Assembly: GCA_944383245.1 (NCBI GenBank) | Contig: CALWOU010000002.1 | Coordinates: 6,417 to 70,416 of the forward strand | Source of the DNA: an uncultured Clostridia bacterium | GTDB taxonomy: Bacteria; Bacillota; Clostridia; Christensenellales; UBA1242 | Direction: 5' to 3' | Length of the DNA: 64,000 nucleotides | Shown here: positions 38,722-47,517 of the stretch, piece after piece | Layout: each line of letters begins with the position of its first letter | Position numbering within the stretch: position 1 is the stretch's first letter | Made by a program: the position numbers and the translations under genes | The notes under the pieces: generated by a model | The model's input: only the letters and a program-made list of their open reading frames with translations | Database searches by the model: none | Told to the model about the DNA's origin: nothing

Positions 38722-39153
38722 ATGTTATTTGTTGATAATTTGGGAAATAGTTTAGACTTTGACGTTGTCGGTTATGAATTTGAAGAAAATAAAAATGCGA
38801 AAGATTTTGATTGGGACGCAAATTGGTTAACAATAAAAATAGTTTACGATAAAGATGATTATAAACAAGAGTATTATTCTTCATGCATTCTAACAATGGA
38901 GTTAAAAGATTTCGTTTCAGATTTAGAAAAACTAAAAAATGGTGTGGTTGATAGTTGTGAACTTAACGCGTTTGAACCATATCTTAAAATGAGTGTTAAA
39001 AAAGATAAAGATAATTATATTTTCAATATAGAATTTATTTATAATAGGTCAACAGGCGAAAAACTAACTTTCACTTCAAATTTAAGCAACACCGAATTTG
39101 ATTATATCTTTAAAGAAATGAAAGAATTATCAAAAAAATATAAGGTAAGATAA
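38722..39153 (+). CDS. Hypothetical protein, possibly an orphan WapI-like immunity protein
   Basis: 143 aa with the pattern LDFDVVGYEFEENKNAKDFDWDANWLTIKI ... FEPYL. I recall this from small toxin-immunity proteins, so the assignment is from memory only. Confidence 0.35.
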   Translation: MLFVDNLGNSLDFDVVGYEFEENKNAKDFDWDANWLTIKIVYDKDDYKQEYYSSCILTMELKDFVSDLEKLKNGVVDSCELNAFEPYLKMSVKKDKDNYIFNIEFIYNRSTGEKLTFTSNLSNTEFDYIFKEMKELSKKYKVR

Positions 39154-39163
39154 AGGAGAGAGT

Positions 39164-39589
39164 ATGATTATAGACGAAATTAAAAAGGCGAATATGCAGG
39201 CTATGAAAGATAGAAATGTGCAAGCGCGCGCAATATATGGTGTGGTTATGAATAAGGCTATGCTAAATAAGATTGAGAAAAAAGAAAAAGGATTGGAGCA
39301 AACCGATGCCGACCTTGTGGCAATACTTCAAAAAACCATTAAAGAATTAGACGAAGAAAAAGAAAATTACATTAAAGCAGGCAATAGCGAACAAGCGCAA
39401 AATATTGAAATGCAAAAAAATCTAATTTCAATCTACCTTCCAAAAATGATGAGCGAAGATGAAATCTGTTCGGTTATTGGTGCGCTAGAAGATAAGTCTA
39501 TTCCAAGTATTATGAAACATTTTAAAGCAAACTTTAATGGTAAGGTTGATATGGGAACTGTAAACAAAATCGCCCGCGAATTTAATTAA
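39164..39589 (+). CDS. yqeY: GatB/YqeY-domain protein
   Basis: Typical N-terminus IIDEIKKANMQAMKDRN, with the length and helical pattern of YqeY. Confidence 0.8.
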   Translation: MIIDEIKKANMQAMKDRNVQARAIYGVVMNKAMLNKIEKKEKGLEQTDADLVAILQKTIKELDEEKENYIKAGNSEQAQNIEMQKNLISIYLPKMMSEDEICSVIGALEDKSIPSIMKHFKANFNGKVDMGTVNKIAREFN

Positions 39590-39687
39590 AAGTAAAAACC
39601 TTATTAAAATAAAAAATTAGTTTAGTGTATTTTAGTAATAGAACTAATTTATTTATCTAATAAACAAAAACTAACAAAAGGAAAGAT

Positions 39688-40125
39688 ATGCGAGTTGTAA
39701 TTCAGCGAGTGCAAAGGGCGAGTTTAACGGCGGACGGAGTGCCGTATTCTAACATTGGCAAAGGCATAATGTGTATGGTTGGCATTGAAAAAACGGACAC
39801 GTTGGAAATTCTCAAACGTTGCGCTCATAAAATTGTAACGCTACGAATTTTTAAGCGAAATGAAAAATTAAATGATAGTGTGCTTGATATTGGTGGCGAA
39901 ATTATGCTAATTAGCAATTTCACATTATGCACATCAAACACCACAGGTGCGCGCCCAGATTTTTCACCTGCAATGGAAAAAGATAAGGCGAACGAAATGT
40001 TTAATGAGTTTGTTAAAATGGTTCGCGAGTATGGAGTGAAAGTGGAAACGGGAGTGTTTGGCGCACATATGTTAATCGACTGCGTTATAGACGGCCCACT
40101 GAACATTTACAAAGAGTTTAAGTAA
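39688..40125 (+). CDS. dtd: D-aminoacyl-tRNA deacylase
   Basis: MRVVIQRV N-terminus, SNFTL and GPLNIY-type C-terminus. 145 aa. Confidence 0.92.
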   Translation: MRVVIQRVQRASLTADGVPYSNIGKGIMCMVGIEKTDTLEILKRCAHKIVTLRIFKRNEKLNDSVLDIGGEIMLISNFTLCTSNTTGARPDFSPAMEKDKANEMFNEFVKMVREYGVKVETGVFGAHMLIDCVIDGPLNIYKEFK

Positions 40126-40193
40126 AAACAATAAAAATATAAAATTTTAAGTTTGGAATGTAAGGGTAAAAGGTGTAAAAATAAGGGGGAAAT

Positions 40194-40787
40194 GTGGAAA
40201 AGATTGTGAACACATCTAAGTCGGTGCACGATAAAATCTTTTATAAAATGACAAAACGGCTAAAAACACGCGATTTTAAGAAAGTAATTGACGCGGGTAG
40301 TGGAAAAACGAGCGCGAGCATACTTTTAAAGTATTGCCCTAATGCGCAGGTTGATGCTGTGATTTTTCCGGGGGATAACAGAAAGAAAAATCCGCTTGAA
40401 AATGCTATTGGTTCAGATAGGCTTGAGGTTATGGAGGCGGATATTTGCAAAACTGTTTTTAGAAAAAAATATGATTTTTGCTTTGTAAATTTATCGCTTG
40501 GAGAGGCGACGCGTTGGGGAAATTCGTTTGAAGATATGTTCCACCACATAATGGACATTCGTGCGGACTATTTCCTTATTGAAGATGTTTTCGAAGACCC
40601 TTGCGTGCATTTTAGATATGTTGAGCAATATTTAAAAGAAAAAGGTTTTACTATCTTAAAAAAGAAAAAATTTAAAAATCCAAATCCTGAACAATACCCA
40701 AAAAACAAGTATGAAAAATACAAACTAGAATACACCAGCAAACATTTCCTAGCCTACCTAGTAAAACGCAACCAAGATAAAGATTAA
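40194..40787 (+). CDS. Class-I SAM-dependent methyltransferase-like protein
   Basis: GTG start after AAGGGGGA. It has the motif-I-like VIDAGSGKTSASILL and an acidic loop, AVIFPGD. The call is weak. Confidence 0.45.
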   Translation: MEKIVNTSKSVHDKIFYKMTKRLKTRDFKKVIDAGSGKTSASILLKYCPNAQVDAVIFPGDNRKKNPLENAIGSDRLEVMEADICKTVFRKKYDFCFVNLSLGEATRWGNSFEDMFHHIMDIRADYFLIEDVFEDPCVHFRYVEQYLKEKGFTILKKKKFKNPNPEQYPKNKYEKYKLEYTSKHFLAYLVKRNQDKD

Positions 40788-40823
40788 TTTGTTTTTAAGA
40801 TATTAGAGAAAGGAAAAATTAAA

Positions 40824-41948
40824 ATGAAAAGAGCGAAACTAGTAAATGAAATATTTGATAAAATGGAAAAAGGACATATAAATTTATATCATAGTATTTC
40901 AAAAAAAGAGTTTGAAAAAAAGAAAAATGAATTTATTAAAATCGTTGATAAATTAGATTATCTTCATTTTATTGCTGGTTTGTTGCGTTTGGTTGCGTTA
41001 TTTAAAGAAGCTCATACAACTATAAATACAACATTTAAAAATGACCAATTAAATGTTGATATAGAGTTCTTGCAAGGTGGGTTTTATGTTTTAAATAAAG
41101 ATAAAAAATATTGCGAAGAAATTACACATATAAATGGACATCCTATAAATGATGTGATAGACAAATTAAAGCAACTTGTTTGCTATGAAGTGGAAGAATG
41201 GTTAAATCATGAGTTGTGTTATTTGCTAAGAAATGTATCATATTTAAAAATGATTGATATGCAAAACAAAAATGAAAATCAAATTGAATTTACTCTAAAA
41301 AATAAGAAAAAAGTTGTTGTGACAGATTTAATTAACTTTAATAAAGAAGATAATTATTCTTTTAAAATTCTTCCAAATAACATTTTGTATGTTGATTATA
41401 ATCTATGTGAAAATCAAGAAGGTTATCCTTTCAGTAAGTTTGTGGAAGATATTCAGAAAACTTGTAAAAATTTACCAAAGGAATGTATTGTTGACGTGAG
41501 AGATAACGAAGGTGGAAGCGATGCACTAATATATCCATTGCTAGAATGGTTAGAAGATAACAAAATCAAATGTTTTGTGTTAATTAATGAAGGAACTTTT
41601 TCTAGTGGTGTGGACAATGTTACTTTTATGAAATATTATTTAAATGCAACCACATTTGGTAGACCTGCAGGTCAGTCTGGTTATTCATATGGAGAAGTTA
41701 GTTACGAGTTAATAGATGATATATTAATTGGATATAGCACAAAATTGTTTAACTACACAAAACTTAAAATAAAAACTAAAGCAAAAGAATTTCCTGTTAA
41801 AATACATATATATGAGGATTTAAACGCGGTACAACCTGATATTTTAGTTGATAGAAATTCTGAAGATTTAATAAATGGTGTTGACACACAATTAGAGACT
41901 GTAAAAAAATATATAAAGAAAGATTTGAGTTTAAATTTAAATAGTTAA
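40824..41948 (+). CDS. Peptidase S41-like protein (no signal peptide)
   Basis: DVRDNEGGS resembles the DLRxNxGG box, and INEGTFSSGVD resembles the Ser box of S41 peptidases. Confidence 0.55.
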   Translation: MKRAKLVNEIFDKMEKGHINLYHSISKKEFEKKKNEFIKIVDKLDYLHFIAGLLRLVALFKEAHTTINTTFKNDQLNVDIEFLQGGFYVLNKDKKYCEEITHINGHPINDVIDKLKQLVCYEVEEWLNHELCYLLRNVSYLKMIDMQNKNENQIEFTLKNKKKVVVTDLINFNKEDNYSFKILPNNILYVDYNLCENQEGYPFSKFVEDIQKTCKNLPKECIVDVRDNEGGSDALIYPLLEWLEDNKIKCFVLINEGTFSSGVDNVTFMKYYLNATTFGRPAGQSGYSYGEVSYELIDDILIGYSTKLFNYTKLKIKTKAKEFPVKIHIYEDLNAVQPDILVDRNSEDLINGVDTQLETVKKYIKKDLSLNLNS

Positions 41949-42018
41949 GTGTTTATTTAATTTAAATGTAGAAATTTTAAATCAAAAAACTAGTTTTATA
42001 AATCAATAAAGGAAAATT

Positions 42019-42564
42019 ATGAATTATTATCACGGGTCGAGAGAAAAAGGCTTGAAAAGGTTGGAAGTGAATAAGTCAAAAGATGGTTACTATGTTTGGC
42101 TTACAGACCAATATGAGTATGCAGTGTTTTATGCTGGTAACAATCTTAGATTTAGAGATTATAATTCTAAAACTAACAAACTTGTAATTAAAGAAGTGGC
42201 GGAAAATTGCTTTGAAAAATTATATAAAGGTGTTGATTGTTATATATATGTTGCAAAAGATATTGGCGAGTTTGAAGTGGAAGAACATTTTGGTAGACGT
42301 GCAATTCGTTGCCACCACGATGTTGATTTAGAGTTTTATGAATACGTTCCAGACGTTTATGATAAAATTATGCAGTTATATCATAAAGGGGTTATTGAAC
42401 TAAAATTTTGGAGTAATTACACAGAAGAAGAAAAGAAACAAGAAATTACTTCACTTAAACAAAAATTCAATAAAAAACTAATGTTAAAAATTAATAAAAA
42501 CCAAAGAGAAGATTATAACAAACTAATTGAACTCATTCCAGAATTAAAAATTAAAAACATTTAA
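42019..42564 (+). CDS. Hypothetical protein with an N-terminal YHGS motif (possible H-Y-E ADP-ribosyltransferase-like fold)
   Basis: MNYYHGSREKGLKRLE...DGYYVWLTDQYEYAVFYA resembles the HGS...aromatic pattern of PARP/DUF3990-type folds. This is inference only. Confidence 0.3.
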   Translation: MNYYHGSREKGLKRLEVNKSKDGYYVWLTDQYEYAVFYAGNNLRFRDYNSKTNKLVIKEVAENCFEKLYKGVDCYIYVAKDIGEFEVEEHFGRRAIRCHHDVDLEFYEYVPDVYDKIMQLYHKGVIELKFWSNYTEEEKKQEITSLKQKFNKKLMLKINKNQREDYNKLIELIPELKIKNI

Positions 42565-42640
42565 AAATAACAAAAATATGAAATGTTAATATTTATCAAA
42601 ACGTTATGAGAAATAAAAAAATTTGAGTTATAAAAGAAAA

Positions 42641-42670
42641 GTTTGACGAAAATATAAAAATTGTGTAAAC
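42641..42670 (+). promoter_or_regulatory. 30-bp promoter-like element, copy 1 (identical to 43696-43725)
   Basis: The sequence is GTTTGACGAAAATATAAAAATTGTGTAAAC. It reads as TTGACG, a 17-nt spacer and TAAAC(A). Confidence 0.6.
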
Positions 42671-42766
42671 AATTAAGTAAATATTAAACAGGACAGTAAA
42701 AAGTCAAAATATCATAGTTAATAAAAACAAAAAAAATTTAACAAATAAAAAAATAAAAGAGGTTTT

Positions 42767-43225
42767 ATGGGAAAGGTTATATTTAGTATATTTTTATCTC
42801 CAATTGCGGTCATAGCTTTAGCGATAACACTCAAACGTAAATTAAAAAATGATCCAGAAAAAGCAAAAAATTATAAAACATTTGGTGTTTTAAGTTTAAT
42901 ATCTAGTGTGTTGCTGGTAGGATTGGCTTTTCCTGTAATATGGTTAACCGTGCAACTGTTTGAATTAACGTTTTCATATTTGGGAATTTTTACACAATTG
43001 CTTTTAATAGGAAATATTTTTCTTGGTATGTTGGCAATTGAAATACCTATAATTTATTTTGCCGTATTAATAGCAACAATTGTTTTTCCTATATCACAAC
43101 TTACAATTAATAGGCGTCCGATCGGCTGGATAGCGCTTATTGTGGCCATAATTGCCATAATTGGTGTAATAATTTTATGTAGTTATTTTATCACAAATGG
43201 TGTTTTTAACAATTTGTTTGGATAA
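42767..43225 (+). CDS. Hypothetical membrane protein (4 TM helices)
   Basis: 152-aa hydrophobic ORF with an AGAGG ribosome-binding site. Confidence 0.65.
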   Translation: MGKVIFSIFLSPIAVIALAITLKRKLKNDPEKAKNYKTFGVLSLISSVLLVGLAFPVIWLTVQLFELTFSYLGIFTQLLLIGNIFLGMLAIEIPIIYFAVLIATIVFPISQLTINRRPIGWIALIVAIIAIIGVIILCSYFITNGVFNNLFG

Positions 43226-43268
43226 AATAAAAATTTAATCGGAAATCATAACAATTAAGGGATATGAA

Positions 43269-43645
43269 ATGATTAAAGAGATAGAGTTAAATAAAGGTGT
43301 AAAATTTATCTTTGGAGAAAATATAGTTAATAGATGTTCGTATGTAACACTTGTTTTTGTGGGCGGGTCAAGCAAACAAAAGTATTTGGAGCAAGCACAT
43401 TTAGTTGAACATATAATTTCCATTTTCAAATATAAAATAAATGGCGAATTGACGAAGAAATGCAACAAAATCTATTGGATAGTGAAAATGAAACTGTAAA
43501 AAAATATAATAAACAAAAAACAGATGAAATGATAAATTTTTTATCAACAATAAGTTTGGAAGAATTTAATGAATTTATAAAATCACATTTATTGGGTTCT
43601 AATTGCGATATAAAAATAGAAAATAGTCAAGTGAAAAAAGTTTAA
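43269..43645 (+). pseudogene. Remnant of an M16 (insulinase-type) zinc peptidase gene
   Basis: The first ORF keeps the N-terminal beta-strand and the HxxEH zinc box (AHLVEH). The frame then breaks, and the second ORF (43460..43645) looks like a C-terminal end. About 125 codons remain, against roughly 400 expected. Confidence 0.55.
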
Positions 43646-43695
43646 TGTTAAAACAATATCTATGTTGATTAGTTTAATAATAACTATGTTTATTG

Positions 43696-43726
43696 GTTTG
43701 ACGAAAATATAAAAATTGTGTAAACT
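43696..43726 (+). promoter_or_regulatory. metG promoter (copy 2 of the 30-bp element)
   Basis: TTGACG (43698-43703), a 17-nt spacer and TAAACT (43721-43726). The metG ATG is 26 nt downstream. Confidence 0.65.
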
Positions 43727-43751
43727 ATGTAAATAAAATTAAGGAGAGAGT

Positions 43752-45749
43752 ATGAAAGGAAAATATTATATCACAACGGCGATAGCCTACACGTCTGGCA
43801 AACCTCATATTGGAAACACGTATGAGGCGATTTTTGCTGACAGCATTGCACGGGCAAAGCGAATGGAAGGATATGATGTTTTCTTTATGACGGGAACGGA
43901 CGAGCACGGTCAAAAAGTGGAAGGCAAGGCAAAGGCAGAAGGCATTGCACCAAAGCAGTTTGTGGATAATGTGTCTAACATTATTCGTAGCATTTGGGAT
44001 AAGATGAACGTTAATTACGATAAATTTATCCGCACAACGGACTTAGACCACGAGCAAGTTGTTCAAAAGATATTTAAAAAGTTTTACGAGCAAGGCGATA
44101 TTTATAAAGGTCATTACGAGGGCCTTTATTGCGAACCTTGTGAAAGTTTTTGGACAGAAAGTCAGTTAGTAGACGGAAAATGCCCAGATTGCGGTAGGGA
44201 AGTTAAACCAGCAAAAGAAGAAGCATACTTTTTCAAAATGAACAAGTATGCCAACCGCCTTGTTGAGTACATTTTAACTCATCCAGATTTTATTCAACCT
44301 GTGGCAAGAAAAAATGAAATGATGAATAACTTTTTGCTTGCAGATGATTACATTGGAAAATCTGACGAAGAAATACTTAATGCAATAAAAGAAAACAAAT
44401 TAAAAACCAAACTTCAAGACCTATGCGTAACGCGCACCACTTTTACGTGGGGTATCCCTGTTGATTTTGACCCCAAACACGTTATATATGTGTGGCTAGA
44501 CGCATTGAATAATTATATAACAGGTATTGGTTACGATACTGAACACCCAAGCGAACAATTTAAGTCGCTTTGGCCGGCTGATGTGCATATTATTGGTAAA
44601 GATATTGTTCGCTTCCACGTCATATATTGGCCAATTTTCTTAATGGCACTTAATTTGCCACTTCCAAAAACTGTGTTTGGTCATCCTTGGCTTATTCAAG
44701 CGGGCGAAAAAATGAGTAAATCTAAAGGAAACGTGTTGTATCCAGACGATTTGGCGTCAATTTTTGGCGTGGACGCAGTTAGGTATTACGTTTTAAAAGA
44801 AATGCCTTATAATGCCGACGGGTCAATCACTTGGGAATTAATGATAGATAGAAACAATTCGGATCTTGCCAACACCCTTGGAAACCTTGTTAAACGCACA
44901 ATTTCAATGAGCAATCAATATTTGGGCGGAGTTGTTAAAAATGAAGGAGTAAAAGACGCGGTTGATAAAGAGTTGATAGATGTTGCAACGTCAACTCGTG
45001 ATAGAGTTTACGCAAAACTTGAAGAGTTTAAAGTAGCAGAGGCGCTTGAAGAACTTTGGGTGTTGTTTAGGCGCGCAAATAAATATATCGACGAAACAAG
45101 TCCTTGGAATTTAAATAAGGATGAAACAAAGCGCGCTAGACTTTCAACCGTTTTGTATAATTTATTAGAGAGCATAAATATTGGCGCGAATTTGCTTTCT
45201 CCGTTTATGCCAGATAGTGTAAACAAAATTTTAAGCGAATTAGGTGTTAGTGCACGCGAATTTGATAAACTTAATAAGTTTGGTGTAACGAGCGAATTTA
45301 GAGTTACAAGCAATCCACAAATTTTGTTTGAACGCATTCGCTTAGAAGATATAAAACCAAAAATTGAAGAAATTCAAGAAAACCAAAAAATAGAAAACGC
45401 ACCAATTATTGAGTTTTCTAAAAAGGACGACATAACAATAGACGATTTTGATAAAATTCAATTGAAAGTTGGGCTTGTGCTGACTAGCGAGACTGTGCCA
45501 AAATCTAAACTTCTTCACTCACACGTGAGAGTTGGTAGTAAAGTGCTTTCAATTTTAAGTGGAATTGGTAAACATTACACTCCTGAAAAGTTGATTGGAA
45601 AGCGCGTTGTGGTTGTCACTAACCTTCCACCAAGAGAAATGAAAGGGCTAATTAGCGAAGGTATGATTTTGTGCGCGGAAGATTCACTTGGAAATCTATC
45701 AATTTTAACCCCAGAAAAACCATTAACCGACGGAAGCAATATAAGTTAA
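43752..45749 (+). CDS. metG: Methionine--tRNA ligase with a C-terminal tRNA-binding (EMAP-like) domain
   Basis: HIGH-type KPHIGN, KMSKS, a zinc knuckle CEPCESF...CPDCG and a C-terminal KVGLVL...VTNLPPREMKG. Confidence 0.96.
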   Translation: MKGKYYITTAIAYTSGKPHIGNTYEAIFADSIARAKRMEGYDVFFMTGTDEHGQKVEGKAKAEGIAPKQFVDNVSNIIRSIWDKMNVNYDKFIRTTDLDHEQVVQKIFKKFYEQGDIYKGHYEGLYCEPCESFWTESQLVDGKCPDCGREVKPAKEEAYFFKMNKYANRLVEYILTHPDFIQPVARKNEMMNNFLLADDYIGKSDEEILNAIKENKLKTKLQDLCVTRTTFTWGIPVDFDPKHVIYVWLDALNNYITGIGYDTEHPSEQFKSLWPADVHIIGKDIVRFHVIYWPIFLMALNLPLPKTVFGHPWLIQAGEKMSKSKGNVLYPDDLASIFGVDAVRYYVLKEMPYNADGSITWELMIDRNNSDLANTLGNLVKRTISMSNQYLGGVVKNEGVKDAVDKELIDVATSTRDRVYAKLEEFKVAEALEELWVLFRRANKYIDETSPWNLNKDETKRARLSTVLYNLLESINIGANLLSPFMPDSVNKILSELGVSAREFDKLNKFGVTSEFRVTSNPQILFERIRLEDIKPKIEEIQENQKIENAPIIEFSKKDDITIDDFDKIQLKVGLVLTSETVPKSKLLHSHVRVGSKVLSILSGIGKHYTPEKLIGKRVVVVTNLPPREMKGLISEGMILCAEDSLGNLSILTPEKPLTDGSNIS

Positions 45750-45775
45750 AAGTAAACATTATGTTTACTTTTTTC
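45748..45775 (+). terminator. Terminator after metG
   Basis: AGTAAAC-attat-GTTTACT is followed by TTTTT. Confidence 0.7.
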
Positions 45776-45804
45776 TTGACAAAGATCATAATTTAATTTA
45801 TCAT
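45776..45804 (+). promoter_or_regulatory. Promoter giving a probably leaderless mRNA for ORF 45811
   Basis: TTGACA, a 17-nt spacer and TATCAT. The -10 ends 6 nt before the ATG, and there is no SD. Confidence 0.55.
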
Positions 45805-45810
45805 CTTAAT

Positions 45811-46536
45811 ATGAATGATTTAAAAGAAGTGGATTTATCAGAGATTGATTTAAAAAATGCATTTTTTCATTTTACAGATACTGTGAATTTAGATAGCATT
45901 GCAGAGCGCGGACTACTTCCTAGCATAGGAGAAAATAGTAGAGGAGTGGAAAAAAGGAGCAAGTCATTTTTTGCTATGGGAAATGTTGGTGCGCTTGAAA
46001 TTTGCAATGTTTGGATTAAATGGCTAATATATATGAAACAAAGAATTACCTATCTTAAAAAAGCGCAGTCGCCTCAAGAAACGGATGAATTAAAAAATCA
46101 ATTTGACAGTGATTTTTTATCAGGCAAAATTTACACAGAAGAAAGTAAAATAGATGCCTTTAATAGATTTTATAAAATAATGAGCACTAAATCTTATTTG
46201 ATACTTGAACTTGAAGAAAATGTTGATTATTCTTTATCTGATTTTGATGATGTGAAAAAATATTGTGCAAAGCAAGAAATCACTCACGCATTGTATGGTC
46301 AAACAGAAAATATTAACAATGACAAAATGGAAAGGTGGAATATGCACACTATTGAGGGAGTTGTTATTCCGCCGGAAAAAATAAAACTATTGCACGATCA
46401 AAATTCTTATTCGGCGTATGACATAATAAAGTCACTCTACCAACGCACAAAAACGGATGATGTGAAATTGGATTTTTTAGTTGAATTTTTTAAATATGCG
46501 AAAGAATTAGAGGTTTGTGCAACTGAAGAATTATAA
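45811..46536 (+). CDS. Hypothetical protein; the N-terminus is reminiscent of DarT/DUF4433-type ADP-ribosyltransferases
   Basis: FFHFTDTVNLDSIAERGLLPS resembles the (Y/F)H(I/F)T..NL.SI...G.L motif I recall. This is inference only. Confidence 0.25.
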   Translation: MNDLKEVDLSEIDLKNAFFHFTDTVNLDSIAERGLLPSIGENSRGVEKRSKSFFAMGNVGALEICNVWIKWLIYMKQRITYLKKAQSPQETDELKNQFDSDFLSGKIYTEESKIDAFNRFYKIMSTKSYLILELEENVDYSLSDFDDVKKYCAKQEITHALYGQTENINNDKMERWNMHTIEGVVIPPEKIKLLHDQNSYSAYDIIKSLYQRTKTDDVKLDFLVEFFKYAKELEVCATEEL

Positions 46537-46585
46537 TGTTTTAAGATATGATTATTTAAATTTTAATTTTAAAACATTTTTGATA

Positions 46586-46614
46586 TTGACAAACTAGCAT
46601 TTTCATTCTATAAT
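46586..46614 (+). promoter_or_regulatory. Perfect consensus promoter for ORF 46663
   Basis: TTGACA, a 17-nt spacer and TATAAT. Confidence 0.7.
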
Positions 46615-46662
46615 ACCGTTAAACATAACAAGTAAAAATTTAGATTAGTTTAGGAGAGTGCT

Positions 46663-47091
46663 TTGGCAAATTTAGTGAAGTTAATAGGTATTTATAGATT
46701 GGGAGATAAAAATGTGCATATTTTTCCTTTAAGTGAGATAAAGGACTATCAAATTAATGCGGAAAATGTGTATAAAATCACAACGTATTTTGGCGAGAAA
46801 AACACGTTTAAACATCAGCATAAAAGTGATAAAAAACACAATTTTAGATTTAATATAACCGAAAAAATTGCCACCTATTATTTGGGCGAAATCATACCAA
46901 AAAATAAAGCCAAACGAGTTCACTATCACGAGTGCAAAGAGGGCGACGAAACGATAATAATTCGCCTTAAAAATGGCGAAGAAATGGAAATAAATGATAG
47001 TTTTGAAGTGATTGATAGCCTTGCCATATCAACGGGTGCTAAAATCATCAATTTATATGACCCTACTTTCTCAGTGCAACTAGGTAGATAA
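46663..47091 (+). CDS. Hypothetical protein (TTG start)
   Basis: 142-aa ORF. AGGAGAG lies 4 nt before the TTG. No motif was recognised. Confidence 0.55.
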   Translation: MANLVKLIGIYRLGDKNVHIFPLSEIKDYQINAENVYKITTYFGEKNTFKHQHKSDKKHNFRFNITEKIATYYLGEIIPKNKAKRVHYHECKEGDETIIIRLKNGEEMEINDSFEVIDSLAISTGAKIINLYDPTFSVQLGR

Positions 47092-47113
47092 AAATAATTT
47101 GCACAAACACAAA

Positions 47114-47210
47114 TTTGCCGTTATCGGCAATTTTTATTTAGAATTTTGCTTTATTTTTGCCGTTATCGGCAATAATATAAGTATATAATGTTGACTTTTT
47201 GCCGATAACT
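47114..47210. repeat. Three copies of TTTGCCG(TTAT/ATAA)C spaced exactly 42 bp apart
   Basis: TTTGCCGTTATCGGCAA occurs at 47114 and 47156; each is a 6-bp stem hairpin or palindrome. An inverted half-site TTTGCCGATAAC is at 47198. The first copy also serves as a terminator-like hairpin after ORF 46663. Confidence 0.7.
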
Positions 47211-47211
47211 T

Positions 47212-47238
47212 CTTGCAATTTTTATAAAAAATTGCAAG
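47212..47238. promoter_or_regulatory. Perfect 12-bp inverted repeat overlapping a candidate -10
   Basis: CTTGCAATTTTT-ata-AAAAATTGCAAG. The candidate promoter is TTGACT (47191-47196), a 17-nt spacer and TGCAAT (47214-47219). Confidence 0.5.
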
Positions 47239-47517
47239 GCATATTAAACTGACATTTAAATAATTGAAAATACATAATATTCAAATTTAACAATATTTTA
47301 TATATTTTTTTGTAAATTTATCATTTTGTATTAAATAGTTTTTTAAAGACGATTTTAATTTAAAATTTAGCAAAATTTTGCTTGTTTTTATTTTCGATTT
47401 TTGGTAAGATATATTATATATTTATATATAATATATTTTTTTATTTTTGCTTTAACATTTGCTTTAATTAGATTAAAAAATAAAAGCAGGTTAAAAGCGA
47501 TTATTAGGAGTTTATAA

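Noticed and set aside
43269-43645. The M16-like ORFs as a functional small peptidase or RiPP-associated protease
   Set aside because: Only about 125 of roughly 400 expected codons remain, and they are split across two frames. No precursor peptide or partner genes are nearby. It is called a pseudogene remnant.
47240-47517. The AT-rich region before gyrB as oriC
   Set aside because: I found no canonical DnaA boxes (TTATCCACA/TGTGGATAA) and no dnaA/dnaN nearby. Genes on both sides are co-oriented. It is mentioned only as a low-probability alternative in the repeat finding.
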